From assembly GCA_030704615.1 (NCBI GenBank), contig CM060734.1:26474001-26538000 (forward strand): DNA of 64,000 nt, written 5' to 3'. This document shows, in pieces, positions 13,101 to 25,669 of this stretch. Source of the DNA: Takakia lepidozioides. Its lineage: Eukaryota > Plantae > Bryophyta. The position numbers were made by a program, and so were the translations under genes. The notes under the pieces are model-generated. The model was given only the letters and a program-made list of their open reading frames with translations. It had not been told where the DNA came from and made no database searches. Each line of letters opens with the position of its first letter. Within the stretch, counting starts at the first letter, position 1.

Positions 13101-14660
13101 AAATAGGTTTGCACTAGGGGTTTCTGGCACGTATGAAAATGTGTTTTCTTTTTTACTATTACTTAGGTGTATATGATGTTTTTTTAGTCCATATAGTTTT
13201 TCATGTGTAACACTGCAGTCATTAAAATTCAACTTTAAGAATCCATAGCTCTGTCTCTACACAGATCATGCATACATCCTTGCCTTGCTGCTAGCATCTG
13301 ACAATGACAGCCTAGATTTGTTCTAGCAAACACCCAACTCAACTAATTATCACATTAATTCATATGCTCAATTGCATCTACTACTCTCTGTATTCGAATA
13401 GGCATTCACCTTTTTGCCTCCACCATTGACTGGGGTCAGAAAAGTATTCAAAGACTATGAAAGGAGACAATAGGCCCAAGGATTATGGGAAGCTGGAGAT
13501 AAATACAAGGTTGATGATGCTGAAAAGTAGTAAAAAACAACCATGGTATCTCATTGGGAAGGGCCTTATGATTTTATAGGATACAAGGACACTAACACTA
13601 CATCAAGGACATGAGAGGCAGGACGTCGATGTAAGTTGAAGGATGGAGCAGGAAAAAAGTGGGTAAGAAGCAGGCGTGATCTGAAGCTATTTGTACCAAT
13701 GATAAATGCTCAGCCTGCAGACATGGTCAGGAACCTGACACTTAAAAACGGAGACACACTACATATGTAGTGTGAATGGGTGGGGGGTTTTACCACTCTC
13801 TAAAAATTATAATGTGAATAGTTGTTGTCTTTTCTTAACATTTCTCCATAGGTCTACCTTCAGTTTTGCTATGACCTGAATCTTCTCCCTGCCTCATCAT
13901 GGTTGTCATGCTTTCAACATAATCATCTAAGTCTGGAGCAGCAGTTAAAGTTGCTTTGTTTGTCCAGTCCCAGACCTGGCACCCTTCCTGTCAACACTTG
14001 GTAAGAAGAGTAGTTAGTAGAAGCCTGCACACCCCCTCTGTAACCAAGCAAGGATATGTAAAGGTTTTGATCCCACTCAGTTTCACTCCCCACTCCCAAA
14101 GTTGTTATACTTTGAGCTTGAATGATTTTATCACTTGTTCGACCATCCCATTGCTTTGGGGCCAGTAAGGGGCATTGTGCTCCCTTCTGATTCCAAATGT
14201 ACAACATACATCCTCAAACTCTCCTTCCACTTAGTGCCATTGTCTGTGAGTATATAGTATGTGGACATCCATACCTACTAATGACCTCTTCCACCAGAAA
14301 ACGAGTCGTGGTTCCTGCCGTGTGATCAACAACAGGGGTTGCCTCCACCCACTTGGAGTAATGGTCAATTGCAACCAAAAAGTACCGGTTTCCTCTTGTT
14401 GTGACCGGGGGTGGTCCAGCTGTATCCAATGCAACTCTGTAAAACAAATCTACCAAAAGGATTCTCTGAAGTTTGGCGATTCCTGATCGTAGCACTCCCT
14501 TATCATTGGTAAATTGGCACTGCATGCACCCTTTTAGTACCCTTCCCAGCTGCATGGTCCTATTGTGCCAAAAGAACCGTCTGCATAGTTCTTCTTGTGT
14601 TCTTCTGATGCCAAAATGGGCAGTGGCTTCATGCAATTCCCTTATAATGCCCTCTCTTTC

Positions 14661-14747
14661 ATAGGGCCCACCCCTAAAAAGGGGCAGTAGCCGCAAGAAG
14701 AAGTGGCTCTTAGTTACGCCGGCCTCGACCAGAGTCTTCTCTCTCTC
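14661..14747 (+). mobile_element. 87-bp 5'-truncated retroposed insertion (3' tail of the Dualen-like LINE)
   Basis: Flanked by 13-bp TSD tgccctctctttc (14648-14660 and 14748-14760), similar to 23298-23381, ends in (CT)n. Confidence 0.85.
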
Positions 14748-16054
14748 TGCCCTCTCTTTCTCTTTTTGGTGACCTACAAGCTTCCCTTCAAAGAACACTT
14801 CTCCCTTAGAGTATGAGTACTGACTAGCTGCACGCTGTGTAGCCCGTCTACTCTCCTTCTCTATTAGGCAATCATTTGGATCTCCAAAACAGAGTACATG
14901 CATGGCTTCTATAGCATCAAGTATATCAGATGCCCTTTCTTCCTTACCAGCTGTTGTCTCCTGGTTGTCAGTGATCTGATTCCTCCCCCCACCTTTCAGC
15001 TGCATGTAGTAATGACATCTGAATAGCCTTAGTGGATGTAGTACTCCAATTTTGCCAGCCTTATTTGATCATGTCCTCATGAAGTGGACCTTTCTCTTAC
15101 TGAGACGTGTCCTCAGAGTCTGAGAGGTAGATAGTTCTAACAGAGCACCCACCTCTTGTGTCACTCTCAAGTGAGACTTCTGCCGAATGAGGTTGCTGGT
15201 TGTGTTCCTTTTCTTCCTCATTTTCATCATGTTGAAGGGACAATGTCTCCTCAGAGCTCCCTTCTTCATGTTGTGACTGCTCATCCTGGTGAGTGTGTGA
15301 TGCTTCCCCTTCTTCTGGTTCATGTCTCCGCCTCTAAGATCCTCGGGTGGTCACCACATGAATAGTGGGACATGAAAGCATCACAGTTGTTTCTCCCTTG
15401 ATATTGGTTGCAGCAACAACTTCCTTTTCTGCAACCACATTGTTACCCATTTTCCCCCCAAGCATATTGACAAACCCTGCCTGGCCATTGCTGGCACCTT
15501 GGACCATGGCTGCGAAGGTCACATTTTTCTCCACAATGTTAGGCATGAGTCCTGGCACTGGCCCCCTTTTCAGTATGCCATTAGCATATCCCCTGGTCAT
15601 CAGACTCCTTGTGGCACAACTATCTACCCTAGGGATGAACTCAAATGAAAAGTCACCCAGTAAATATGTACCACTATGGTATTCTGAACACAACCACCAA
15701 TATGGGTCTAACTCGGTTTCCAAAGAGAAATGACTTCCCAGCAGTCTGTCCTTGAAATGCCAGAATCCCCACACACATGCATAGTACTCTTCCCTCTTGC
15801 AGACCATCTCTCATCTCTCAGTGTTGTACCCGACCTATCTACGGGCGTGTTCTCTCAATTTTTTCTTGCTCTCTTCATACTGAAACAATAAAGCTATTAT
15901 GGCACCTCTGTCCCATTCCAGTTTAAGAAGAGAGACCCTATCCATCTTTCTCTCATCTCTTTTTTGACTGTAGAGAGAAGTGGAATATACCTCAAGATCC
16001 TCAGTTTCTTCTGCTGGACCCATTGGATACCTGCTCAGAGCATCCACGTTAGCG

Positions 16055-16545
16055 GGTATTTGTAGGATTGGGTGTCTCAAAAACGGCAGATGTTGAGTCC
16101 ATGAAAGTCCATGAAGATAAAATAAAATAAAAAATCATCCTATGTTTTATTTATTTTTTAGAAAAATAGATAGTAGTATACCTAACATTTTTAGTGAAGA
16201 GTCCCCCTCAAAATATTGAAGGCATTGTTTAATTTGAAAATATCAAAACTTAGAGTTTACAAACACTTGTCCATATACCACATGGAATCTCTAGATTATA
16301 GGTTTGTATGCCTTTGTAGTAAGAGATGACATCCCAAAAACCCAAAACATAACATGTTATGGACAATTTAGTTTTTAGGTCATAAAATAGTTCATAGCTC
16401 TCAATACCTAAGGTAACTAGTCCATATAAAAGTGGGTTTGGGTTTAAAAATGACACCCCTAGTATGTTTTCCTTTGTGCATTATATGAGTGTAGATGATT
16501 TTTTTTTAGTCCATAAGATTTTATATATAACATCTGTGCAGTCCA
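16055..16545. mobile_element. Partial copy of the AT-rich TIR element family seen at 58585-59325
   Basis: ggtgtctcaaaaacggcagatg...tccatgaaagtccatg matches the reverse complement of about 59266-59310. Confidence 0.7.
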
Positions 16546-16550
16546 AAAGT

Positions 16551-16670
16551 ATGACACCCCTCGAAGGGAGCGCAACTTATGGAGTCACTTCACCCCCAAG
16601 GGCTACTGCCTTCCGCTAGGAAGGTGGACACCTTCATGACACACCAGACCGTGGTTTGAACCCACAACCA
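16551..16670 (-). mobile_element. SINE-like short element, copy 1
   Basis: About 120 bp, close match to 45654-45771. Has a B-box-like GGTTCAAACC at the 5' end and a structured 3' domain. Confidence 0.6.
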
Positions 16671-19540
16671 GAGCTATGGATATTAACATCATTTACAAAG
16701 ACCTTTACACAATCCTTGATCTCCTTCTTAAGAACAGTATTCATAGTCCTATGAAAAGTAGTTGTGGCATTTTTCAGCCCAAATGGCATTACAAGCCATT
16801 CATATGTAAACCTTTCCTTATGATTACAGCAGTCTTGCTGATGTCACTTTCATCCATTTGTATCTGCCAGAACCCATTTTGTAAATCCAGAGCTCAGAAA
16901 ACCACTTGGACTTTCCCAGCTGGTTTAACACATCCTGGATTAAAGGCATGAGATAAGAATCTCTTCTGGTCAAGCGGTTCACAAGCCTGAAGTCACCACA
17001 AAAGCGCTAAGACCCATCTTTTTTTGGTGGTAGCAAGACCATTCTAAATTACTCTCCTTCATCTTCCCTTGTGAAATTAGAGTCTCAATCTATCCTTGTA
17101 CCTCATTCTCTTCCCATTCAGACAGACGACTGGGACGACTCCTACATGGAGGGAAACCTTGAGTGTCAATTACGTGTTCTACCTCATTGCAGTAACCCAC
17201 GTCAACCTTACTCAGAGCAAAGCAATGCTCACTTTCTCGCAGCTCTAGCTCCAACGCCAGTGTCTGTTCATGAGTCAGTTCAGGATTGATTCGAAGTCTG
17301 GTTCTCAGACTCCGCCAGCGACTCTCCATTTTTTCTCCATGACTGAGTTTTATATTTCTTCCTCTATACTGTGTAGAAAGCTAGCTACCCTCATGCTCTC
17401 TTCCTATGTGACTATCTGATTCCAGTCATGGAAGTCGTCTTTTATCTCAACATTGTTGTTGCCTAGTTCACCATTCCAAGCTTTTTGATATGCTTCTTGT
17501 ATAATTGAAGCAGCCATACTACGATGAGTCTCTTCCCGAAGCAGTTCAGACATTCCTTGGTCCTTGAACAAGTCTTCTCCTAGGGTGACGTCATCAATAA
17601 TTCTCTCAATATCCCTCAGATCTACATCTTTCAGATCCTCACTCTGACTAGATCCCTCCATCTCCTAATCTCTGTGAGATTCAGATGTCTCAGACTCTGG
17701 AAAGTCCTCTTCTGTATCCATACACTCTTCCATAGGCTCTCTCTCCTCTTCCCATAAACCCAAATACTGCTCATCAGAGGACAAAGACTACACATTATCA
17801 GTTGTTACTTGGCTTCTTGGGTTCCCCGCCCCAACAGATTCTTTCTGGTAATCTAACTCACTGACTGTAGATTCTAGGAAATTTATGGTATGCAAAGGAA
17901 AATGAGCATAATCCTTGCCTGGCCCCATAGCGAATGCAAATAGTCTCGGCTTCCGTATCCACCACAGCCCCGAACTTCTTCAGAAAGGATCCAGCCCCAG
18001 AAGCATGTGATAAGTATTTGTGTTCACTACCATAAAGGAAAGACGATTTGTCAGTTCCCCTACTTTAACCTTGAGATCCTCAAGCCTACCCATTGTTGTT
18101 TCAACAGCACCAGATGCTACTCAGTAGGTTATGTCTCTGTCAGTAACAACAGAACCCATCAGCCCCAGGTCTCGAACATTACTTGCAGATATAACCGACA
18201 ACATTTCACTTGTGTCAATTTGCCCCAAGACCTGAAAATCTCCCATAGTGATCATGAAGTGCCTTTACCTTACTAGTGTAGGCATATGATATTGTAGGTT
18301 CAGCATCTCTGGAGTACAGTGGCTTGGGAGCAGCCCTCACATTTGCCACAATGTGAGTTGCTTCTTTTTGTTGTACCATTGCCCTTTCTACCACCTTGAC
18401 TAAACCCTTCAACTTATCTAGCTCTCCAGGCACTGCCATGATAAGATCCATGGGAGACAATGAAATCCTCCCTTATAGAAATGATTCAATATGTCATGGT
18501 TTTAGTCATGGTTAATTAGAATGACCTATTTCTAGTTAACTAGGACATTTTGGATATTTATATTTGTATTTTGTGTGTTGGGACTTCATTTGGTCTCACA
18601 TGCCAAGTGAGGTATCAAGCCTCACTTGGGACATGGGGACGGGTTTTCCCCTTGTGAGTGTTGAGGAGGGCTCATCTTCTTGTAGTTGAGCCTCCATGAG
18701 CCTCTCCCACCTCCATAGCTCTAGGTATTGAGAGGGAGTGTGGTGAGGGCTTTGTAGGGTGAATTCCCTTAGCAAAGGTGCCATTGGCTTGACTTAGTTT
18801 ATGTGATTGAGTAGATTCATGAGTGGAGTGTTTCCATTGTGTTCACTTTCATTATCACTACAAGAAGATGACCTTATGCTTGTGAGTGCGGAGTGTAAGG
18901 ATTAGTTTTGCACTTGTATGTTAAAGAGGTTGAGAGCTAGGAGAATTTAGCTCTTCTATCACAAGGCTTGTAAGGGTTGCAAGGAAAGGTACTTGTGGTG
19001 TTACACCAAGGTGTTAGAGAGCTCAAGAAGGAGCTTGTTTGCCACAAGATTTGCAAGGATTGCAAGAGGGAAGTCTTGTGTGTGTGGAAGCATGGATTCT
19101 AGGGTTTGAGAATCATTCTATGCATTTATGGAGTCAATGGTGTATGTCATGGCATGTGGAGAGCGACCAAATGGTTCTTAGTGCTCATTTCACTAGCAAT
19201 CTAGGGTTAAACAAGCTCAAGTGTGGATGCTGTGGAAGAGAAGCCAAGGAGCTTGAAGACAACAAGGGCAAACACTTGGAGAGCATTAGGAAACTCAAGA
19301 GGTTAGAAGGGGAGCATGTTGAGGAATTCGCGTTGAACTCATGGCCAGTTTTAATGTTAAATTTATAATTTTTACGTTATGAAATTTCAACCTGTTTTAC
19401 TGTTATTTGATATAATTGCCGAATTGTTATAGAGTCTATTACAATTATCCAGGTTTGATTGTATGCTGCTTTCTGGTATGTTAGTTGGTGTGCATGTATA
19501 TTTATTTTCATTGGCCACATCAATTCATCAATTTTTCATT

Positions 19541-19893
19541 ACCAACGTTGGGTGGTTATTTAAATTTCTCTCTCATACCCGGCGGTTACCTATCCGGTTA
19601 TATATATGACTGGCGGAGGCAAAAAATAAATTAATTGGTGCAGTTAAGAACCGACGGAGGTCACGCACTCAAATAACCGAGCAAATAACCTTTTAAAGAA
19701 CCGCTCGATACTCGCGGTTATCTGATGAACACCGCTGGTTATTTGAGATTTTTGCAAGTATTAACCGCAACCACAGGTTATATCTAGCCATCAAAAATTT
19801 AATAACCACAACCACAGGTTAGTAGTTTTCTAAAATTTGAAGCAACCGGAACTGTTGGTTATGAAAAAAATCAAATAACCGCCCAACATTGGT
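19541..19893. mobile_element. MITE, hAT-like
   Basis: 21-bp imperfect TIRs accaacgttgggtggttattt / aaataaccgcccaacattggt, with many internal ataacc/ggttat motifs. Confidence 0.7.
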
Positions 19894-19967
19894 TTTTACC
19901 ATGTCACATTATATTTGAGCTAGTACAATTATGTGTGAATGGGCCACAAGATCTTTTGCACTGATCT

Positions 19968-20885
19968 TTGCGACATCACAAGCTTCGCTTTGTAAAAAAC
20001 GACGTTTTAACCCCCAAGACTGAATCCATGACGCCTAGGGCGTCGAAGAAAAGGACTTGGCCAAATTGGCACTCCCCTGCTTTTCCCTGGTCGTACTGCA
20101 ACGCCATAGGCATCGCAGCAGAAGGGAACTTCCATAGCAACAGCCGAAGCGTCGCTTTTTCTCCCAAGACTGAACCTGCGACGCCTTGGCAAGGACTTGG
20201 CCAAACTGGCAGTCCTTGGGTTGTAGTGCGACGGTTGAGGCGTCGTCTCGATAGCGACGGCAGGCGCGTCGCTGTATAACAGCGATGTTTTTGGCCCCAA
20301 AGACTGACCCTGCGACGCCCCAGGCGTCGCAGCTATGGGCTTGGCCAAAATGGCAGTCCCTCGGTCGCACTACGATGCCTTAGGCGTCGATTCTGAAGCG
20401 ATGGCAGCAGCGTCGCTGTATAATAGCGACGCCTTTGCCCCCCAATACAGACCCTGAGATGCTCCGAGCGTCGCAGCTAGGGACTTGGCCAAATTGGCAG
20501 TCCCTTGGCCGCCTTGCGACGCCTCAGGTGTCGCAAAAAAATCTGCGAGGAACACGGCAACACGACAAACACGACAAACCCTAACCCTGAGCGAACTGCC
20601 ATGTTCGTGCAGGGAAATAGTCTGGGAGTTAAGCTGGCGTCATTACCGCGGAAACATGGCAAACACGGCAAAGGCGAAACACGGCAAGCCCTAACCCTAA
20701 CCCTAACCCTTAGCAAACTGCCATGTTCGTGCAGGGAAACAGACTGGGAATTAAGCTGACGTCGTTACCGCGGAAACACGGCAAACACGGCAAACCGGGG
20801 AAACACTGCAAATCCTAACCCCAAACCCTAACCCTAACCCTTACCGAACTGCCATGTTCGTGCAAGGAAATTAAGCGGGCGTTAG
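19968..20885. repeat. DNA-transposon subterminal-type repeats with short CCCTAA runs
   Basis: Direct and inverted gcgacgcc and cttggccaaa motifs; three units of about 130 bp containing aaacacggc-ccctaa-actgccatgttcgtgca. Confidence 0.65.
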
Positions 20886-21048
20886 GCACATGAGAATTTA
20901 AATTTCTTTAAATAAAAAGAAAAAAAGATTTTTATTTTTATTTTTATTTTTATTTCCCCCACCCCCCCCCTTTGGAGAACTGAGTGCGTCAACGCACTCA
21001 ATTTCTTCATGATCATGATTTCATGATGATCATCGACGACATCGACGA

Positions 21049-21245
21049 CAGTGTTGTGCGGGTCCGGATTTTGACCCCGAGTACCCGGCGGGTTAGGGTC
21101 CGGGTTACCTATCCGGATCCGGACCCATGCCATCACCAAAAAGTCGGACCCTGACCCGGGTTCATTTTTAAAATGAACCCGGAACCGGACCCGGACCCGC
21201 CAGCTAGGTCCAGAACCTGTTAAACCCGCTACTCATGGGCCAGAG
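21049..21245. mobile_element. hAT-like MITE fragment
   Basis: Starts cagtgttg, followed by dense ggaccc/gggtccg motifs. Confidence 0.5.
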
Positions 21246-21826
21246 TAGGTATAGCCAATTAGTATAGCCATCTTCCCTAGTTCACTAGTTGACTTTCTAG
21301 AGAGTTATACTTTCTACATAGTTCTACTATTGTCAGTGGGTTGAAAAGCAACTCACTAGTGGGTGTGGCTGTTGCAGGAGTATATAGGAACAGTGACCAG
21401 AGAAGGTTGGGGCTTGGTGAGAGTGGGGCCAGGTGGGATCGCGGCTTGGGGCTCGTCTTCAAGGTGGAGCACTTGGGGCTGGTGGAGGGTGGGACCAGCT
21501 GCGTGAAGTGCTTGGGGAAGGAGTGCTTGGGGTTGACAAAGTAGGGCTGGGGGAATTGGGATCGTCGTGCTTCTAAAGGGGACTCAATATTGCCATGTTT
21601 GCCGTGTTTGGAAGTTTTACCGTGTTCACCTCTTCTTCCAAAATATACGCTTCCACGGTAATAAGACCCCCTCTAAACCCTGTTTTTGGTTATAGGACCT
21701 GCTTCTCCCTCCTCTAAACCTTGGGCTCACGCTTAGCAAGCGTGAGCCTAGGCTCACGTTTAGAGGGCAAAGCGTGAACCCAGCTCCCGGGCTCGCATGG
21801 CTAGGCTCACGCCATAGCTACACTCG

Positions 21827-24800
21827 TTATGCTGCAACCTCTTGAGCAGTCCCTGCCTGCTCAGTCAGTGACAAGGCCTCAGCCTGCCCTATCATCCCTT
21901 CTTTAAGGTCTTCCTCAGCCCGAGAAAAATCCCCAACCTCACCCATCACCCTAGCCGCCTTGGCTGCTAACTCCCTCTGAACCTCAAGCACCTCCCATGT
22001 ATGCCATGGATGTCTGCACCCCGTGATCCTCACCTGCTCGCCCCCACTCACTGCCTGTACCGTCTCGGTAGGCAAGGAGACTGTTAAGGGAAGTATGGTG
22101 ACTGAAGATGACCGCAGTCTACACTGCTTAGCCATACTCAGGCTAATAATCCAGGTTAAGCAATTGAGATCCATTGTTTGCCCCAACACCTGACGACGTG
22201 ATGCCTCAGAAAGAAATGGCACCGCCGTGGTACCAGTGGAGAAACCCATTGCCCGCTCACGCTCGGCAGCATTGGGCTCCAGTAACTGTTGCAACTTGAT
22301 ATCCCACAAGAGGATACGTCCACCATCTCGGAAAGCATGAGATCCTGGAAAGTTGAGAAGTGTAGGCAATGCTGCTTGTGGGTGACCCACCTTATTGACC
22401 ACTAGCAAAGGTGACCGGTCATCGTGTCTCACACGCTGAGACTGCCTCCCCATATCCAAAATGCTATCCACCGTGAGGTTTGGTGGCCGCTACACCCCAT
22501 CAAATGCACACTTGAGCAGTGTGGGTGGCATCAAGTTGGACCACCATAGTTGTGGGCGATGAATCCGTGATCCCACTGCAGCTGCATCTAGCAACACTGC
22601 TGACCCAAGGCAAGACCGCACTTGATGTACACTGGCCATCACCTTGGCCTGAGAATCACCCATCAATGGCACATTCTCTAAGATGTATGCTGGAGAGTCC
22701 GCCTATTGAAGTTGTAAATAACGCAAGATCCTCAATGTTGGTACCTACCAAGGCCGAATCCCTGACCACACTGTCCCTCACTGGATCCTTCCGTGTATTT
22801 GTCCTCATTCACCCTGTACATGTCCCTCTCGGCTCTGCCCGGATATTTTACTTGTCCAAGGCTTACCCATCAATGCCCCCCTATCCACTTCCCCTTCCCC
22901 AAAACTAACCATTCACATACTGTCATGACCGATACCCAGCCCCCTCCACCCTAGAGAAACGACAAAAATATGCCCCCCTCATCCTCGCCATCCGCCAGGG
23001 TGGGTGGCGCACCAGCCCCCTATCAGTTATCACAGCCGGTACTAGAGGTGGGATTCATACCGCCAGTATAAACGCGTTACACGACAATCTGAAAATCCCT
23101 ATCCCCCCGATCCACAAATGCTTTAAAGCTATCCACCTCACTGCGCTTCGCTTCCGCACTGCCATCATCACCAATAAGCGACAACTCGAGTCCAACCCCT
23201 CTGCAGTACCCCAGGGTACCCCAGGCACCCCAGGCACCGCTACCCTATTTACTACCTCCCCCTGGTTACTCTGTGTCCCCTGGGCACCTGTTTTTTTTAT
23301 AGGGCCCACCCCCGAAAGGGGGCAGTAGCCGTAAGGCAAAGTGGCTCTTAGTTACGCCGGCTTTGGCCGGAGTCTTCTCTCGGAGGATCCTCAACATCTC
23401 CCAAAACAAGCGCGACCTTGAGTCTTGCAATCCATTTCCATGTCTGGCCAATGAATGTCCTTGGCAGGGCCATCCTGCCACTAACAAATGAACGGGGCCC
23501 ACTCGCTCCAAATCTTGCGCCCCCATCAAAGAAATGTCTGCTGGCAATGCTCGCTGGTATCCACGCACTGCAGATACCGGCAACAAGTCAGGGTACTGCT
23601 GCACCAGCTGAGCAACATGGCCCAGTGAGACGCGTCGTGTAGTCTCATCCCTCTCCACGTATCGGTAATGCTGCACTCGTATACCTGCCTGTAGCACAGC
23701 AGCCAAACCAATGCGGATCCCGCTAAACAAGTCCAGAAGGTAGATGTCTTCATCCGGGTACTGCCACACAATAGATGTGGTGTCCAATGGCGACAACTGA
23801 GGTGGTTCTGGTGCAATCACCGCACTCTCCTCCTCTCATGACGGTACAAAAGCCTCTACCCAGGCTTATTGCACTCGTCGATCAGCAGCCCGCTGCAAAT
23901 CCTTGCTTGTGCCCTACATTAATGGAGTATGAGCAACCATGGCAGACAACTCCGTTGTACCATGCATGTCATCATGCTCTGTTGGAGGTGGCATATCCTC
24001 TGCACGAGTATTGCCTTCCATCAACTCTCCAAGCAAAGTAACTACAGCTGTGAAGGCTGTTGGTGTCGGCATCTTGCCCCGTTGGGCAACTGCAACTCTC
24101 CCAATGAATGCCACAGAGAGTTGCACATGACGGCCATCCCCTGACTGCCATCCAGGCCTATAGGAGGCGGACTCCTCCCAAAAATCCAGGTGAAGCCCAT
24201 GGGGTATAATACTGCCCCACCAACCAACACATCATATGAAACTGCATCCGTCACAATGGCCTTGGCTCGCATAACTGAGATGAGAACAAGGCTCCATGTT
24301 CACCTCTGTAAGCCTCAAACCTGCAATAGCAGCTCTACCCAGCATAAATGGCTGAGCTCCCGAGTCCAGCAATACTCGTAGTGGTCAAAACCTCCTGCCC
24401 GTCGACCCACTCAAATAGAAAACACCATCCTGGTTATCCAACAAAACAACTCTAGGTGTTACCATAGCGCGCTCAATGGCTGGCCTAGCTGGTAGCTCCG
24501 TCAATCTGGCAGCTGCAGCTTGCCATGGCGCAGCCGTGGCAGTCTTGACCCTCAACTCCTCTGACACAACACCTTCCACTAGCTCCGCATAGGATGAAGT
24601 GATCTCCCCACTCTCACAGAGTGTTGCTGCTAGTATGAACACTGCAGCAGATCGTACCCCCGGCGTTGCAATCATGGTCGCCGAGAACAATGGGGCCTAA
24701 CATACAGATATGGCCGCCCCCAGCAGCACACTGGTTGCACTAGCCTTGACAACAGGTATTGGTGCTACCCGTGTGGCTCTCCCCAATGGCACGCTAACCT

Positions 24801-25156
24801 CTGCCTTGGTATCAGTTGGACAAGAAGGTGCCATGGATGGCATTAACACTGTCTCTGCCAAGGTGAATGATTGAGGCAACCTGGCCTAACGGCTTGCCTC
24901 CTCACGTTGTGGATCCAACTCCACTTCTGCGCCTCGTGGCTCATGAACTCGTGCTGCTCCCCGAGTCACAGCTGCAGCAGAATCCACATGTACAAGTGAT
25001 CCTGCGAGTGCTGCTCCGCACATAAATCCCATGCTTCCTATGCCTACCATGTCTCCCCCGTCAGGATGACGCTGCTGAGGAGGAACAAGAGGTGGACCCT
25101 CAAGTCTTGGAGCCGGAGCTGTGGCCATGGCAGCGAGCTTTTGCTCTAGCTGCTGA
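21827..25156 (-). mobile_element. Truncated second copy of the methyltransferase-carrying Gypsy family (gag end, protease, C5-MTase)
   Basis: Colinear with 31499-34240. Shows LLDSGAQP, LLDLFSGI, AGWPCQGHS, ILENVP, HRPQLWWSN, ERERAMGF and RQVLGQTMD. Confidence 0.92.
22736..23385 (+). mobile_element. 5'-truncated non-LTR retrotransposon with restriction-like endonuclease (Dualen/RandI-like), inserted in the methyltransferase
   Basis: 9-bp TSD gatcctcaa (22727-22735 and 23386-23394). Frameshifted translation gives PDILLV..YCHD..KRQKYAPLILAIRQGGW..VITAGTRG. Removing the insert restores the host reading FWEMLRILRYLQ. Confidence 0.85.
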
Positions 25157-25510
25157 CACTATTGCAAAAAGGGGGATTTATTGACGGCAGCCGCGCCCCC
25201 ACGCCCCGTGCGACGCCAGCACCATGGCACCGATTTGCGACGCTGGGGTGTGGCAAGGTGGCGCCCCGGCGCTGCTTGTGACGCCGTCGCGTTGCAACCC
25301 AGCGCCGGGGCCATCCTGCGACGCCGAGACGTGGCAAGGTGGCCTCAAGGGCAAGAGGTAGCCCTTTCTTGCCATGCCTGGCCGTCGCAAAGGGGGGCGG
25401 CCCCACTTGCCACGCTCGGGCGTGGCAAGGTGGCTTGAAGGGGGAAAAGGCCTCTGCAACGGCCGGGCGTGGCAAGGGGGTATTGCGACGGGTTTTTTTG
25501 GCTTTAGGGT
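25157..25510 (+). mobile_element. CACTA terminus with GC-rich subterminal repeats
   Basis: cactattgcaaaaaggggg begins exactly where Gypsy copy 2 stops; gtggcaagg/ttgccacg repeats follow. Confidence 0.7.
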
Positions 25511-25669
25511 CAGGGAGAGGGGGTGGGGACGGGGGATGGGACTCTTGGGGGGGGGGGGGGGCACCTCTCTGTTTTTCTTTCTTTGCCCCCCCTCTCTCTC
25601 TCCCTCTCTCTCTTGGTTGTTAATAGATTTGTTTGCAAGATGGCTGTCACATTCAACATTTTCAAGGAC

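Larger units (their letters stand above)
13450..18470 (-). mobile_element. Degenerate Ty3/Gypsy internal region (RT, RNase H and integrase remnants) with nested insertions
   Basis: Integrase ELHEATAHFG..CMQC..VALDTAGP..YFLVAIDHYSKWVEA..VISRYGCP (14214-15005); RNase H remnant EYYACVWGFWHFK and NVDALSR; pre-RT VEHVIDTQGFPPCRSRPSRLS. Confidence 0.85.

Noticed and set aside
16640-16672. tRNA gene
   Set aside because: Only a degenerate T-arm/B-box is present, with no cloverleaf.
18490-19330. Solo LTR
   Set aside because: The composition is LTR-like and it starts with TG, but no second copy, clear end or TSD could be found.
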